64,000 bases of DNA from Antedon mediterranea (taxonomy: Eukaryota; Animalia; Echinodermata), in the NCBI RefSeq assembly GCF_964355755.1, contig NC_092680.1:14145045-14209044 (forward strand). The letters are read 5' to 3'. A model generated the notes under the pieces. That model was not told the DNA's origin. It was given only the letters and a program-made list of their open reading frames with translations, and did no database searches. Position 1 is the first letter of the stretch. Every line of letters begins with the position of its first letter. This document shows positions 24,079-39,520 of the stretch, in pieces. The translations under genes were made by a program, and so were the position numbers.

Positions 24079-26846
24079 GTAAGTTAATGAACAACTTCCT
24101 GGTTTTACCATACGTATATATATTTCTCTCTTGTCTGTATTGTTATTCTTAACGCTTTATTAGGTTATATGCATTATCATGCATATGACCTCTTGATTCT
24201 TTCAAAATCTTTGTTTATTTATTCTTTCCTTAGCACTATTTTGTCCGTGAATTATCTTGATATCAGTTTCATCTAGCTAAGTCAATTTTTCAGAGTATAT
24301 TCCTTATGGCCAGGAATCGATGTGGTTATGTTTTCACGGTGCGCAATCAAACATTACGCGGTCTACGCGCGATTTAATGAAATCACGTTTGTAATCATAT
24401 CTTCACAAGCATGAATCATTTTTAAACAAAATTTGGTACTCATAAATGTCAGGTCATATTTCATCATATGGCAATACGATTACGTGTGTAGCGCATATAA
24501 CGCATGCGTACGCGCGCTTAAAATGTTCAAAATTGTCAGAATTTATTTTTGATGAAATTAGACTACGTTTCAGGCAATTTTAAGCGTTTAAAAAACTACC
24601 ATGAGTGCAGATTTTTGCGTGTCAAACGTTAATACGCACTTTTTTTGTCCGATTACTGTTGTATAACCTTTCTTTAATAATATCATCATATTTTATTCAC
24701 TTTTCAACGCGAAACAGCGTTATATGAGCAAGTTAACGAGGTAAGTTAACAAAATGGTAAAAATATGCTAAATTTTAAAATTAATATATATCGTTAGAAT
24801 GCTCGGGAACACCAATTTTTTATTTCATTTTCTTGAAGTGTATGTATCATATGTATGATTTATTATGAAATTAAGAGAAAAAAAGTTGATTAAGTCATCA
24901 TTAATGGCATATTAAATTTAAAAAAAATTATTTTGACAATCAAACAAATTATAACATTTTCTTAGGCCGAAATAACAAACTTAACATTAACTTTCTTCCT
25001 TAAGAAGTTCATATATTAAAGTTAAAAGTATATAGTTTGACAGTGCATCATTTGTTTACATTTTAAAGATGTCATCATAGTAAAAAATTATAATTCATTG
25101 CGGTATGTAATAATCTATTTGCACCAAACTGGTTACTGCATAGTAAATACACGGAGGAATTTTTCTACAACTTTTAGTCAGTTGTGTATGGCTCGATGGT
25201 CTGTGCTCGTGTCTATGGCATTCAAGGTACCGAGATCGAGTCTCACCTTGGGAAACGAAATAATATTTTTTTTTATTATCCGTATTGTTTGTTCAAATTT
25301 ATTTCTTAGTGTATAGATTATACACATGATTTATAATGAAATCTAGATAAAAAGTAACTTATGTCTTTATTATTATGTAACAACAAATGTGGTTTATGAC
25401 ATTATACGCATATGGATCTTTGATCGGATTGTGATACCAGCTATGGTGTTCGCGTTAGCAAGGTCCTATCATATATTATAAATAATTAAAGATTCTGAGA
25501 AAACCAATCAATCAATATATCTTTTAAAAATCAATTATCTTTATTTAAATCAATGCATATAACCTATAATTCGTCATAGTGACGAATTAAATCTAGTTTA
25601 TTTATTCTTTCCTTAGCACTATTTTGTCCGTGAATTATCTTGATATCAGTTTCATCTATCTAAGTCAATTTTTCAGAGTATATTCCTTATGGCCAGGAAT
25701 CGATGTGGTTATGTTTTCACGGTGCGCAATCAATCATTATGCGGTCTACGCGCGATTTAACGAAATCACGTTTGTAATCATATCTTCACAAGCATGAATC
25801 ACAATTAAACAAAATTTGGTACTCATAAATGTCAGGTCATATTTCATCATATGGCAATACAATTACGTGCGTAGCGCATATAACGCTTGCGTACGCGCGC
25901 TTAAAATGTTCAAAATTGTCAAAATTTATTTTCGATGAAATTAGAGTACGTTTCAGGCAATTTTAGGCGTTTAAAAAATTGTCATGAGTGCGCAGATTTT
26001 TGCCCGATTTCTGTTTTACAGTCTTTCTTTAATAATATCATCATATTTGATCCACTTTTCAACTCGAAATTGCGTTATACGAGCACGTCAAAAGTGACAG
26101 GCTACGCACGTATAAGTTAACAAAATGGTGAAAATATGCTAAATTTTAAAATTAATATATATCGTCAGAATGCTGGGGAACACCTATTTTTTGTTTCATT
26201 TTCTTGAAGTGTATGTATCATATGTTTGATTTATTATCAAATTAAGAGAACAAAAGTTTATTAAGTCTTCATTAATTGCATATTAAATTTAAAAAAAATT
26301 ATTTCGACAATCAAACAAATTATGACATTTTCTTAGGCCGAAATAACAAACTTAACATTAACTTTCTTTCTTAAGAAGTTCATATATTAAAGTTAAAAGT
26401 ATATAGTTTGACAGTGCATCATTTTTTTACATTTTTAAAGATGTCATCATAGTAAAAAATTATAATTCATTGCGGTATGTAATAATCTATTTGCACCAAA
26501 GTGGTTACTGCATAGTAAATACACAGAGGAATTTTTCTACAACTTTTAGTCAGTTGTGTATGGCTCGATGGTCTGTGCTCGTGTCTATGGCATTCAAGGT
26601 ACCGAGATGGAGTCTCACCTTGGGAAACGAAATAAGATTTTTTTTTTTTATTATCCGTATTGTTTGTTCAAATTTATTTCTTAGTGTATAGATTATACAC
26701 ATAATTTATAATGAAATCTAGATAAAAAGTAACTTATGTCTTTATTATTATGTAACAACAAATGTGGTTTATGACATTATACGCATATGGATCTTTGACC
26801 GGATTGGGATACCGGCTAAGGTGTTCGCGTTAGCAAGGTCCTATCA

Positions 26847-28163
26847 TCTATATATAAATTATGGTTAATTCTGACATAGGCGAGCACAATGCAAAAACTT
26901 CTCTACAAATCTCCGCCTTGGATACCTACCTTATCTATCCGAGATGTACCGCGAAACGTAGATTTGATAACATTAGTGTGCACGCCGACGCTATTGTTCC
27001 ATATTTATATCTTAGGAAGATATTATAAAGAGTTTTTTAACAACATTTATGATTTCAACATTGGATTTTCCTCTCAATTTCAATTCTTCCCGGTCAAAGT
27101 AATTTCCGGGTTTAAGATAAGTTCACCTTAGTTTCAAATATTTTCTCTCTTTTATACACAAGGGAGCAGTTAAAATAATAGATTTGACCCTAAAGGTGGC
27201 ACTTTCCATCAATCAATACAGTGTCCCTTTGGAAGACGAGAAAAAAATTGGCCATTAATCATAGCCATTTCAGTTTTTTGTTTATTTTAAAACATACCAC
27301 ACTTGTGTGAAGGTACAGTAGTTAAATAATAGGAATTATACTGCAAATTAATAAAGATCAAATTAAATATACGCCATAAAGAATCAGAATATATTGTGGG
27401 GAATAGTATTATAAAATTACATAGGGAGATTTGATAAGACATTTTTCGAGTGAAATCCCGATAGCTGAGTTTTATTGAGTAAGCTTGCAGGAATAACTGT
27501 AGGCTATCTTCCTGTGTCCCGTTAGGACCGAGATGTCTGCCCATGTTGCAAGCCGTAATGTCTTCTTTCTTGGGCCCACTCTGTCACGGCAGTTAGTTTC
27601 AAAAGATGATTAAATTAAATAATGTATTAATAATTATTAGGATGGTATTCATTTGAATAAACGCCTCTCCAATAAAACATCACTTTGAATAATAACAACC
27701 CCCCTCCCCACCCCACAACCCAACTATCTAATAAACGTCCATCCACATATTTATAATAACACAATTATAATATTTGTAGTAGAATTCACCGCACTGTTAT
27801 CTGCAATTTACCAAGCATTTGTTATTCTTTTTTACCACTTTTCATATCTATGAGAGGATTTCATTTGATTATAAATGTTACCATATTATTAGAACTAAAA
27901 AATTTAACATATATCCCTCGAATAAGCAACTCCCTCAAATGACCTCCGCCTCCCCAAAGGGCCCTACCAAACAATAAAAACTATACTTTAAAATGTTATT
28001 AATCATCTAAAACACTGTGAAACAAAGTAGTTTAGTTTTACGAATGTCAAGCATTTTCAATAATGGTAACCGACAGAAAATGTATAAGGAGAACATTATC
28101 ATTCCGAGAACCATCGTCTACACTTCCTAGAGGGGGAGCGAGCGAAGCGAGCTCACCCTCTAG
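26847..28163 (+). mobile_element. Non-autonomous Helitron, copy 2
   Basis: Same termini and site. Confidence 0.92.
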
Positions 28164-28319
28164 TATATTATAAATAATTACAGATTCTGAGAAAATCAAT
28201 CAATCAATATATCTTTTAAAAATCAATTATCTTTATTTAAATCAATGCATATAACCTATAATTCGTCATATAGCGACGAATTAAATCTAGTTCTCTTTTT
28301 ATAATGGTTTTATTGTTAG

Positions 28320-28427
28320 AAATTGTCAACAAGAAGCAGATAATGAAGCCACCGATGGATGTGATGTTGATGTAACTGACGGAATCCAACTACACCATGC
28401 GTACGAAAAATTTATATCGACTCAAAC
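28320..28427 (+). CDS. 108-bp exon, copy 3
   Basis: Intact AG/GT and open frame. Confidence 0.6.
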
Positions 28428-31001
28428 GTAAGTTAGTGAACAACTTCCTGGTTTTACCATACGTATATATATTTCTCTCTTGTCTGTATTGTTATTCTTA
28501 ACGCTTTATTAGGTTATATGCATTATCATGCATATAACCTCTTGATTCTGTCAAAATCTTTGTTTATTTATTCTTTCCTTAGCACTATTTTGTCCGTGAA
28601 TTATCTTGATATCAGTTTCATCTAGCTAAGTCAATTTTTCAGAGTATATTCCTTATGGCCAGGAATCGATGTGGTTATGTTTTCACGGTGCGCAATCAAA
28701 CATTATGATGAAATTAGACTACGTTTCAGGCAATTTTAAGCGTTTAAAAAACTACCATGTGTGCAGATTTTTGCGTGTCAAACGTTAATACGCACTTTTT
28801 TTGTCCGATTACTGTTGTATAACCTTTCTTTAATAATATCATCATATTTTATTCACTTTTCAACGCGAAACAGCGTTATACGAGCAAGTTAACGAGGTAA
28901 GTTAACAAAATGGTAAAAATATGCTAAATTTTAAAATTAATATATATCGTTAGAATGCTCGGGAACACCAATTTTTTATTTCATTTTCTTGAAGTGTATG
29001 TATCATATGTATGATTTATTATGAAATTAAGAGAAAAAAAGTTGATTAAGTCATCATTAATGGCATATTAAATTTAAAAAAAATTATTTTGACAATCAAA
29101 CAAATTATAACATTTTCTTAGGCCGAAATAACAAACTTAACATTAACTTTCTTCCTTAAGAAGTTCATATATTAAAGTTAAAAGTATATAGTTTGACAGT
29201 GCATCATTTGTTTACATTTTAAAGATGTCATCATAGTAAAAAATTATAATTCATTGCGGTATGTAATAATCTATTTGCACCAAACTGGTTACTGCATAGT
29301 AAATACACGGAGGAATTTTTCTACAACTTTTAGTCAGTTGTGTATGGCTCGATGGTCTGTGCTCGTGTCTATGGCATTCAAGGTACCGAGATCGAGTCTC
29401 ACCTTGGGAAACGAAATAATATTTTTTTTTATTATCCGTATTGTTTGTTCAAATTTATTTCTTAGTGTATAGATTATACACATGATTTATAATGAAATCT
29501 AGATAAAAAGTAACTTATGTCTTTATTATTATGTAACAACAAATTTGGTTTATGACATTATACGCATATGGATCTTTGATCGGATTGTGATACCAGCTAT
29601 GGTGTTCGCGTTAGCAAGGTCCTATCATATATTATAAATAATTAAAGATTCTGAGAAAACCAATCAATCAATATATCTTTTAAAAATCAATTATCTTTAT
29701 TTAAATCAATGCATATAACCTATAATTCGTCATAGTGACGAATTAAATCTAGTTTATTTATTCTTTCCTTAGCACTATTTTGTCCGTGAATTATCTTGAT
29801 ATCAGTTTCATCTATCTAAGTCAATTTTTCAGAGTATATTCCTTATGGCCAGGAATCGATGTGGTTATGTTTTCATGGTGCGCAATCAATCATTATGCGG
29901 TCTACGCGCGATTTAACGAAATCACGTTTGTAATCATATCTTCACAAGCATGAATCACAATTAAACAAAATTTGGTACTCATAAATGTCAGGTCATATTT
30001 CATCATATGGCAATACAATTACGTGCGTAGCGCATATAACGCTTGCGTACGCGCGCTTAAAATGTTCAAAATTGTCAAAATTTATTTTCGATGAAATTAG
30101 AGTACGTTTCAGGCAATTTTAGGCGTTTAAAAAATTGCCATGAATGCGCAGATTTTTGCCCGATTTCTGTTTTACAGTCTTTCTTTAATAATATCATCAT
30201 ATTTGATCCACTTTTCAACTCGAAATTGCGTTATACGAGCACGTCAAAAGTGACAGGCTACGCACGTATAAGTTAACAAAATGGTGAAAATATGCTAAAT
30301 TTTAAAATTAATATATATCGTCAGAATGCTGGGGAACACCTATTTTTTGTTTCATTTTCTTGAAGTGTATGTATCATATGTTTGATTTATTATCAAATTA
30401 AGAGAACAAAAGTTTATTAAATCTTCATTAATTGCATATTAAATTTAAAAAAAATTATTTCGACAATCAAACAAATTATGACATTTTCTTAGGCCGAAAT
30501 AACAAACTTAACATTAACTTTCTTTCTTAAGAAGTTCATATATTAAAGTTAAAAGTATATAGTTTGACAGTGCATCATTTTTTTACATTTTTAAAGATGT
30601 CATCATAGTAAAAAATTATAATTCATTGCGGTATGTAATAATCTATTTGCACCAAAGTGGTTACTGCATAGTAAATACACAGAGGAATTTTTCTACAACT
30701 TTTAGTCAGTCGTGTATGGCTCGATGGTCTGTGCTCGTGTCTATGGCATTCAAGGTACCGAGATCGAGTCTCACCTTGGGAAACGAAATAAGATTTTTTT
30801 TTTTATTATCCGTATTGTTTGTTCAAATTTATTTCTTAGTGTATAAATTATACACATGATTTATAATGAAATCTAGATAAAAAGTAACTTATGTCTTTAT
30901 TATTATGTAACAACAAATGTGGTTTATGACATTATACGCATATGGATCTTTGACCGGATTGTGATACCGGCTAAGGTGTTCGCGTTAGCAAGGTCCTATC
31001 A

Positions 31002-32318
31002 TCTATATATAAATTATGGTTAATTCTGACATAGGCGAGCACAATGCAAAAACTTCGGTACAAATCTCCGCCTTGGATACCTACCTTATCTATCCGAGAT
31101 GTACCGCGAAACGTAGATTTGATAACATTAGTGTGCACGCCGACGCTATTGTTCCATATTTATATCTTAGGAAGATATTATAAAGAGTTTTTTAACAACA
31201 TTTATGATTTCAACATTGGATTTTCCTCTCAATTTCAATTCTTCCCGGTCAAAGTAATTTCCGGGTTTAAGATAAGTTCACCTTAGTTTCAAATATTTTC
31301 TCTCTTTTATACACAAGGGAGCAGTTAAAATAATAGATTTGACCCTAAAGGTGGCACTTTCCATCAATCAATACAGTGTCCCTTTGGAAGACGAAAAAAA
31401 AATTGGCCATTAATCATAGCCATTTCAGTTTTTTGTTTATTTTAAAACATACCACACTTGTGTGAAGGTACAGTAGTTAAATAATAGGAATTATACTGCA
31501 AATTAATAAAGATCAAATTAAATATACGCCATAAAGAATCAGAATATATTGTGGGGAATAGTATTATAAAATTACATAGGGAGATTTGATAAGACATTTT
31601 TCGAGTGAAATCCCGATAGCTGAGTTTTATTGAGTAAGCTTGCAGGAATAACTGTAGGCTATCTTCCTGTGTCCCGTTAGGACCGAGATGTCTGCCCATG
31701 TTGCAAGCCGTAATGTCTTCTTTCTTGGGCCCACTCTGTCACGGCAGTTAGTTTCAAAAGATGATTAAATTAAATAATGTATTAATAATTATTAGGATGG
31801 TATTCATTTGAATAAACGCCTCTCCAATAAAACATCACTTTGAATAATAACAACCCCCCTCCCCACCCCACAACCCAACTATCTAATAAACGTCCATCCA
31901 CATATTTATAATAACACAATTATAATATTTGTAGTAGAATTCACCGCACTGTTATCTGCAATTTACCAAGCATTTGTTATTCTTTTTTACCACTTTTCAT
32001 ATCTATGAGAGGATTTCATTTGATTATAAATGTTACCATATTATTAGAACTAAAAAATTTAACATATATCCCTCAAATAAGCAACTTCCTCAAATGACCT
32101 CCGCCTCCCCAAAGGGCCCTACCAAACAATAAAAACTATACTTTAAAATGTTATTAATCATCTAAAACACTGTGAAACAAAGTAGTTTAGTTTTACGAAT
32201 GTCAAGCATTTTCAATAATGGTAACCGACAGAAAATGTATAAGGAGAACATTATCATTCCGAGAACCATCGTCTACACTTCCTAGAGGGGGAGCGAGCGA
32301 AGCGAGCTCACCCTCTAG
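31002..32318 (+). mobile_element. Non-autonomous Helitron, copy 3
   Basis: Same termini and site. Confidence 0.92.
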
Positions 32319-32474
32319 TATATTATAAATAATTACAGATTCTGAGAAAATCAATCAATCAATATATCTTTTAAAAATCAATTATCTTTATTTAAATCAA
32401 TGCATATAACCTATAATTCGTCATATAGTGACGAATTAAATCTAGTTCTCTTTTTATAATGGTTTTATTGTTAG

Positions 32475-32582
32475 AAATTGTCAACAAGAAGCAGATAATG
32501 AAGCCACCGATGGATGTGATGTTGATGTAACTGACGGAATCCAACTACACCATGCGTACGAAAAATTTATATCGACTCAAAC
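32475..32582 (+). CDS. 108-bp exon, copy 4
   Basis: Intact AG/GT and open frame. Confidence 0.6.
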
Positions 32583-33784
32583 GTAAGTTAATGAACAACT
32601 TCCTGGTTTTACCATACGTATATATATTTCTCTCTTGTCTGTATTGTTATTCTTAACGCTTTATTAGGTTATATGCATTATCATGCATATAACCTCTTGA
32701 TTCTGTCAAAATCTTTGTTTATTTATTCTTTCCTTAGCACTATTTTGTCCGTGAATTATCTTGATATCAGTTTCATCTAGCTAAGTCAATTTTTCAGAGT
32801 ATATTCCTTATGGCCAGGAATCGATGTGGTTATGTTTTCACGGTGCGCAATCAAACATTATGATGAAATTAGACTACGTTTCAGGCAATTTTAAGCGTTT
32901 AAAAAACTACCATGTGTGCAGATTTTTGCGTGTCAAACGTTAATACGCACTTTTTTTGTCCGATTACTGTTGTATAACCTTTCTTTAATAATATCATCAT
33001 ATTTTATTCACTTTTCAACGCGAAACAGCGTTATACGAGCAAGTTAACGAGGTAAGTTAACAAAATGGTAAAAATATGCTAAATTTTAAAATTAATATAT
33101 ATCGTTAGAATGCTCGGGAACACCAATTTTTTATTTCATTTTCTTGAAGTGTATGTATCATATGTATGATTTATTATGAAATTAAGAGAAAAAAAGTTGA
33201 TTAAGTCATCATTAATGGCATATTAAATTTAAAAAAAATTATTTTGACAATCAAACAAATTATAACATTTTCTTAGGCCGAAATAACAAACTTAACATTA
33301 ACTTTCTTCCTTAAGAAGTTCATATATTAAAGTTAAAAGTATATAGTTTGACAGTGCATCATTTGTTTACATTTTAAAGATGTCATCATAGTAAAAAATT
33401 ATAATTCATTGCGGTATGTAATAATCTATTTGCACCAAACTGGTTACTGCATAGTAAATACACGGAGGAATTTTTCTACAACTTTTAGTCAGTTGTGTAT
33501 GGCTCGATGGTCTGTGCTCGTGTCTATGGCATTCAAGGTACCGAGATCGAGTCTCACCTTGGGAAACGAAATAAGATTTTTTTTTTTATTATCCGTATTG
33601 TTTGTTCAAATTTATTTCTTAGTGTATAAATTATACACATGATTTATAATGAAATCTAGATAAAAAGTAACTTATGTCTTTATTATTATGTAACAACAAA
33701 TGTGGTTTATGACATTATACGCATATGGATCTTTGACCGGATTGTGATACCGGCTAAGGTGTTCGCGTTAGCAAGGTCCTATCA

Positions 33785-35101
33785 TCTATATATAAATTAT
33801 GGTTAATTCTGACATAGGCGAGCACAATGCAAAAACTTCGGTACAAATCTCCGCCTTGGATACCTACCTTATCTATCCGAGATGTACCGCGAAACGTAGA
33901 TTTGATAACATTAGTGTGCACGCCGACGCTATTGTTCCATATTTATATCTTAGGAAGATATTATAAAGAGTTTTTTAACAACATTTATGATTTCAACATT
34001 GGATTTTCCTCTCAATTTCAATTCTTCCCGGTCAAAGTAATTTCCGGGTTTAAGATAAGTTCACCTTAGTTTCAAATATTTTCTCTCTTTTATACACAAG
34101 GGAGCAGTTAAAATAATAGATTTGACCCTAAAGGTGGCACTTTCCATCAATCAATACAGTGTCCCTTTGGAAGATGAAAAAAAAATTGGCCATTAATCAT
34201 AGCCATTTCAGTTTTTTGTTTATTTTAAAACATACCACACTTGTGTGAAGGTACAGTAGTTAAATAATAGGAATTATACTGCAAATTAATAAAGATCAAA
34301 TTAAATATACGCCATAAAGAATCAGAATATATTGTGGGGAATAGTATTATAAAATTACATAGGGAGATTTGATAAGACATTTTTCGAGTGAAATCCCGAT
34401 AGCTGAGTTTTATTGAGTAAGCTTGCAGGAATAACTGTAGGCTATCTTCCTGTGTCCCGTTAGGACCGAGATGTCTGCCCATGTTGCAAGCCGTAATGTC
34501 TTCTTTCTTGGGCCCACTCTGTCACGGCAGTTAGTTTCAAAAGATGATTAAATTAAATAATGTATTAATAATTATTAGGATGGTATTCATTTGAATAAAC
34601 GCCTCTCCAATAAAACATCACTTTGAATAATAACAACCCCCCTCCCCACCCCACAACCCAACTATCTAATAAACGTCCATCCACATATTTATAATAACAC
34701 AATTATAATATTTGTAGTAGAATTCACCGCACTGTTATCTGCAATTTACCAAGCATTTGTTATTCTTTTTTACCACTTTTCATATCTATGAGAGGATTTC
34801 ATTTGATTATAAATGTTACCATATTATTAGAACTAAAAAATTTAACATATATCCCTCAAATAAGCAACTCCCTCAAATGACCTCCGCCTCCCCAAAGGGC
34901 CCTACCAAACAATAAAAACTATACTTTAAAATGTTATTAATCATCTAAAACACTGTGAAACAAAGTAGTTTAGTTTTACGAATGTCAAGCATTTTCAATA
35001 ATGGTAACCGACAGAAAATGTATAAGGAGAACATTATCATTCCGAGAACCATCGTCTACACTTCCTAGAGGGGGAGCGAGCGAAGCGAGCTCACCCTCTA
35101 G
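33785..35101 (+). mobile_element. Non-autonomous Helitron, copy 4
   Basis: Same termini and site. Confidence 0.92.
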
Positions 35102-35257
35102 TATATTATAAATAATTACAGATTCTGAGAAAATCAATCAATCAATATATCTTTTAAAAATCAATTATCTTTATTTAAATCAATGCATATAACCTATAAT
35201 TCGTCATATAGTGACGAATTAAATCTAGTTCTCTTTTTATAATGGTTTTATTGTTAG

Positions 35258-35365
35258 AAATTGTCAACAAGAAGCAGATAATGAAGCCACCGATGGATGT
35301 GATGTTGATGTAACTGACGGAATCCAACTACACCATGCGTACGAAAAATTTATATCGACTCAAAC
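35258..35365 (+). CDS. 108-bp exon, copy 5
   Basis: Intact AG/GT and open frame. Confidence 0.6.
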
Positions 35366-37908
35366 GTAAGTTAATGAACAACTTCCTGGTTTTACCATAC
35401 GTATATATATTTCTCTCTTGTCTGTATTGTTATTCTTAACGCTTTATTAGGTTATATGCATTATCATGCATATAACCTCTTGATTCTGTCAAAATCTTTG
35501 TTTATTTATTCTTTCCTTAGCACTATTTTGTCCGTGAATTATCTTGATATCAGTTTCATCTAGCTAAGTCAATTTTTCAGAGTATATTCCTTATGGCCAG
35601 GAATCGATGTGGTTATGTTTTCACGGTGCGCAATCAAACATTATGATGAAATTAGACTACGTTTCAGGCAATTTTAAGCGTTTAAAAAACTACCATGTGT
35701 GCAGATTTTTGCGTGTCAAACGTTAATACGCACTTTTTTTGTCCGATTACTGTTGTATAACCTTTCTTTAATAATATCATCATATTTTATTCACTTTTCA
35801 ACGCGAAACAGCGTTATACGAGCAAGTTAACGAGGTAAGTTAACAAAATGGTAAAAATATGCTAAATTTTAAAATTAATATATATCGTTAGAATGCTCGG
35901 GAACACCAATTTTTTATTTCATTTTCTTGAAGTGTATGTATCATATGTATGATTTATTATGAAATTAAGAGAAAAAAAGTTGATTAAGTCATCATTAATG
36001 GCATATTAAATTTAAAAAAAATTATTTTGACAATCAAACAAATTATAACATTTTCTTAGGCCGAAATAACAAACTTAACATTAACTTTCTTCCTTAAGAA
36101 GTTCATATATTAAAGTTAAAAGTATATAGTTTGACAGTGCATCATTTGTTTACATTTTAAAGATGTCATCATAGTAAAAAATTATAATTCATTGCGGTAT
36201 GTAATAATCTATTTGCACCAAACTGGTTACTGCATAGTAAATACACGGAGGAATTTTTCTACAACTTTTAGTCAGTTGTGTATGGCTCGATGGTCTGTGC
36301 TCGTGTCTATGGCATTCAAGGTACCGAGATCGAGTCTCACCTTGGGAAACGAAATAATATTTTTTTTTTATTATCCGTATTGTTTGTTCAAATTTATTTC
36401 TTAGTGTATAGATTATACACATGATTTATAATGAAATCTAGATAAAAAGTAACTTATGTCTTTATTATTATGTAACAACAAATTTGGTTTATGACATTAT
36501 ACGCATATGGATCTTTGATCGGATTGTGATACCAGCTATGGTGTTCGCGTTAGCCAGGTCCTATCATATATTATAAATAAATAAAGATTCTGAGAAAACC
36601 AATCAATCAATATATCTTTTAAAAATCAATTATCTTTATTTAAATCAATGCATATAACCTATAATTCGTCATAGTGACGAATTAAATCTAGTTTATTTAT
36701 TCTTTCCTTAGCACTATTTTGTCCGTGAATTATCTTGATATCAGTTTCATCTATCTAAGTCAATTTTTTAGAGTATATTCCTTATGGCCAGGAATCGATG
36801 TGGTTATGTTTTCACGGTGCGCAATCAATCATTATGCGGTCTACGCGCGATTTAACGAAATCACGTTTGTAATCATATCTTCACAAGCATGAATCACAAT
36901 TAAACAAAATTTGGTACTCATAAATGTCAGGTCATATTTCATCATATGGCACTACAATTACGTGCGTAGCGCATATAACGCTTGCGTACGCGCGCTTAAA
37001 ATGTTCAAAATTGTCAAAATTTATTTTCGATGAAATTAGAGTACGTTTCAGGCAATTTTAGGCGTTTAAAAAATTGCCATGAGTGCGCAGATTTTTGCCC
37101 GATTTCTGTTTTACAGTCTTTCTTTAATAATATCATCATATTTGATCCACTTTTCAACTCGAAATTGCGTTATACGAGCACGTCAAAAGTGACAGGCTAC
37201 GCACGTATAAGTTAACAAAATGGTGAAAATATGCTAAATTTTAAAATTAATATATATCGTCAGAATGCTGGGGAACACCTATTTTTTTGTTTCATTTTCT
37301 TGAAGTGTATGTATCATATGTTTGATTTATTATCAAATTAAGAGAACAAAAGTTTATTAAGTCTTCATTAATTGCATATTAAATTTAAAAAAGATTATTT
37401 CGACAATCAAACAAATTATGACATTTTCTTAGGCCGAAATAACAAACTTAACATTAACTTTCTTTCTTAAGAAGTTCATCATCATTTTTTTACATTTTTA
37501 AAGATGTCATCATAGTAAATAATTATAATTCATTGCGGTATGTAATAATCTATTTGCACCAAAGTGGTTACTGCATAGTAAATACACAGAGGAATTTTTC
37601 TACAACTTTTAGTCAGTTGTGTATGGCTCGATGGTCTGTGCTCGTGTCTATGGCATTCAAGGTACCGAGATCGAGTCTCACCTTGGGAAACGAAATAAGA
37701 TTTTTTTTTTTATTATCCGTATTGTTTGTTCAAATTTATTTCTTAGTGTATAGATTATACACATGATTTATAATGAAATCTAGATAAAAAGTAACTTATG
37801 TCTTTATTATTATGTAACAACAAATGTGGTTTATGACATTATACGCATATGGATCTTTGACCGGATTGTGATACCGGCTAAGGTGTTCGCGTTAGCAAGG
37901 TCCTATCA

Positions 37909-39256
37909 TCTATATATAAATTATGGTTAATTCTGACATAGGCGAGCACAATGCAAAAACTTCGGTACAAATCTCCGCCTTGGATACCTACCTTATCTAT
38001 CCGAGATGTACCGCGAAACGTAGATTTGATAACATTAGTGTGCACGCCGACGCTATTGTTCCATATTTATATCTTAGGAAGATATTATAAAGAGTTTTTT
38101 AACAACATTTATGATTTCAACATTGGATTTTCCTCTCAATTTCAATTCTTCCCGGTCAAAGTAATTTCCGGGTTTAAGATAAGTTCACCTTAGTTTCAAA
38201 TATTTTCTCTCTTTTATACACAAGGGAGCAGTTAAAATAATAGATTTGACCCTAAAGGTGGCACTTTCTATCAATCAATACAGTGTCCCTTTGGAAGACG
38301 AAAAAAAAATTGGCCATTAATCATAGCCATTTCAGTTTTTTGTTTATTTTAAAACATACCACACTTGTGTGAAGGTACAGTAGTTAAATAATAGGAATTA
38401 TACTGCAAATTAATAAAGATCAAATTAAATATACGCCATAAAGAATCAGAATATATTGTGGGGAATAGTATTATAAAATTACATAGGGAGATTTGATAAG
38501 ACATTTTTCGAGTGAAATCCCGATAGCTGAGTTTTATTGAGTAAGCTTGCAGGAATAACTGTAGGCTATCTTCCCGTGTCCCGTTAGGACCGAGATGTCT
38601 GCCCATGTTGCAAGCCGTAATGTCTTCTTTCTTGGGCCCACTCTGTCACGGCAGTTAGTTTCAAAAGATGATTAAATTAAATAATGTATTAATAATTATT
38701 AGGATGGTATTCATTTGAATAAACGCCTCTCCAATAAAACATCACTTTGAATAATAACAACCCCCCTCCCCACCCCACAACCCAACTATCTAATAAACGT
38801 CCATCCACATATTTATAATAACACAATTATAATATTTGTAGTAGAATTCACCGCACTGTTATCTGCAATTTACCAAGCATTTGTTATTCTTTTTTACCAC
38901 TTTTCATATCTATGAGAGGATTTCATTTGATTATAAATGTTACCATATTATTAGAACTAAAAAATTTAACATATATCCCTCGAATAAGCAACTCCCTCAA
39001 ATGACCTCCGCCTCCCCAAAGGGCCCTACCAAACAATAAAAACTATACTTTAAAATGTTATTAATCATCTAAAACACTGTGAAACAAAGTAGTTTAGTTT
39101 TACGAATGTCAAGCATTTTCAATAATGGTAACCGACAGAAAATGTATAAGGAGAACATTATCATTCCGAGAACCATCGTCTACACTTCCTAGAGGGGGAG
39201 CGAGCGAAGCGAGCTCACCCTCGAGGGGGAGCGAGCGAAGCGAGCTCACCCTCTAG
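37909..39256 (+). mobile_element. Non-autonomous Helitron, copy 5, with duplicated 31-bp terminal hairpin
   Basis: gagggggagcgagcgaagcgagctcaccctc occurs twice in tandem at 39192-39253. Confidence 0.92.
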
Positions 39257-39412
39257 TATATTATAAATAATTACAGATTCTGAGAAAATCAATCAATCAA
39301 TATATCTTTTAAAAATCAATTATCTTTATTTAAATCAATGCATATAACCTATAATTCGTCATATAGTGACGAATTAAATCTAGTTCTCTTTTTATAATGG
39401 TTTTATTGTTAG

Positions 39413-39520
39413 AAATTGTCAACAAGAAGCAGATAATGAAGCCATCGATGGATGTGATGTTGATGTAACTGACGGAATCCAACTACACCATGCGTACGAA
39501 AAATTTATATCGACTCAAAC
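39413..39520 (+). CDS. 108-bp exon, copy 6 (T>I variant)
   Basis: Intact AG/GT; ACC>ATC. Confidence 0.6.
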
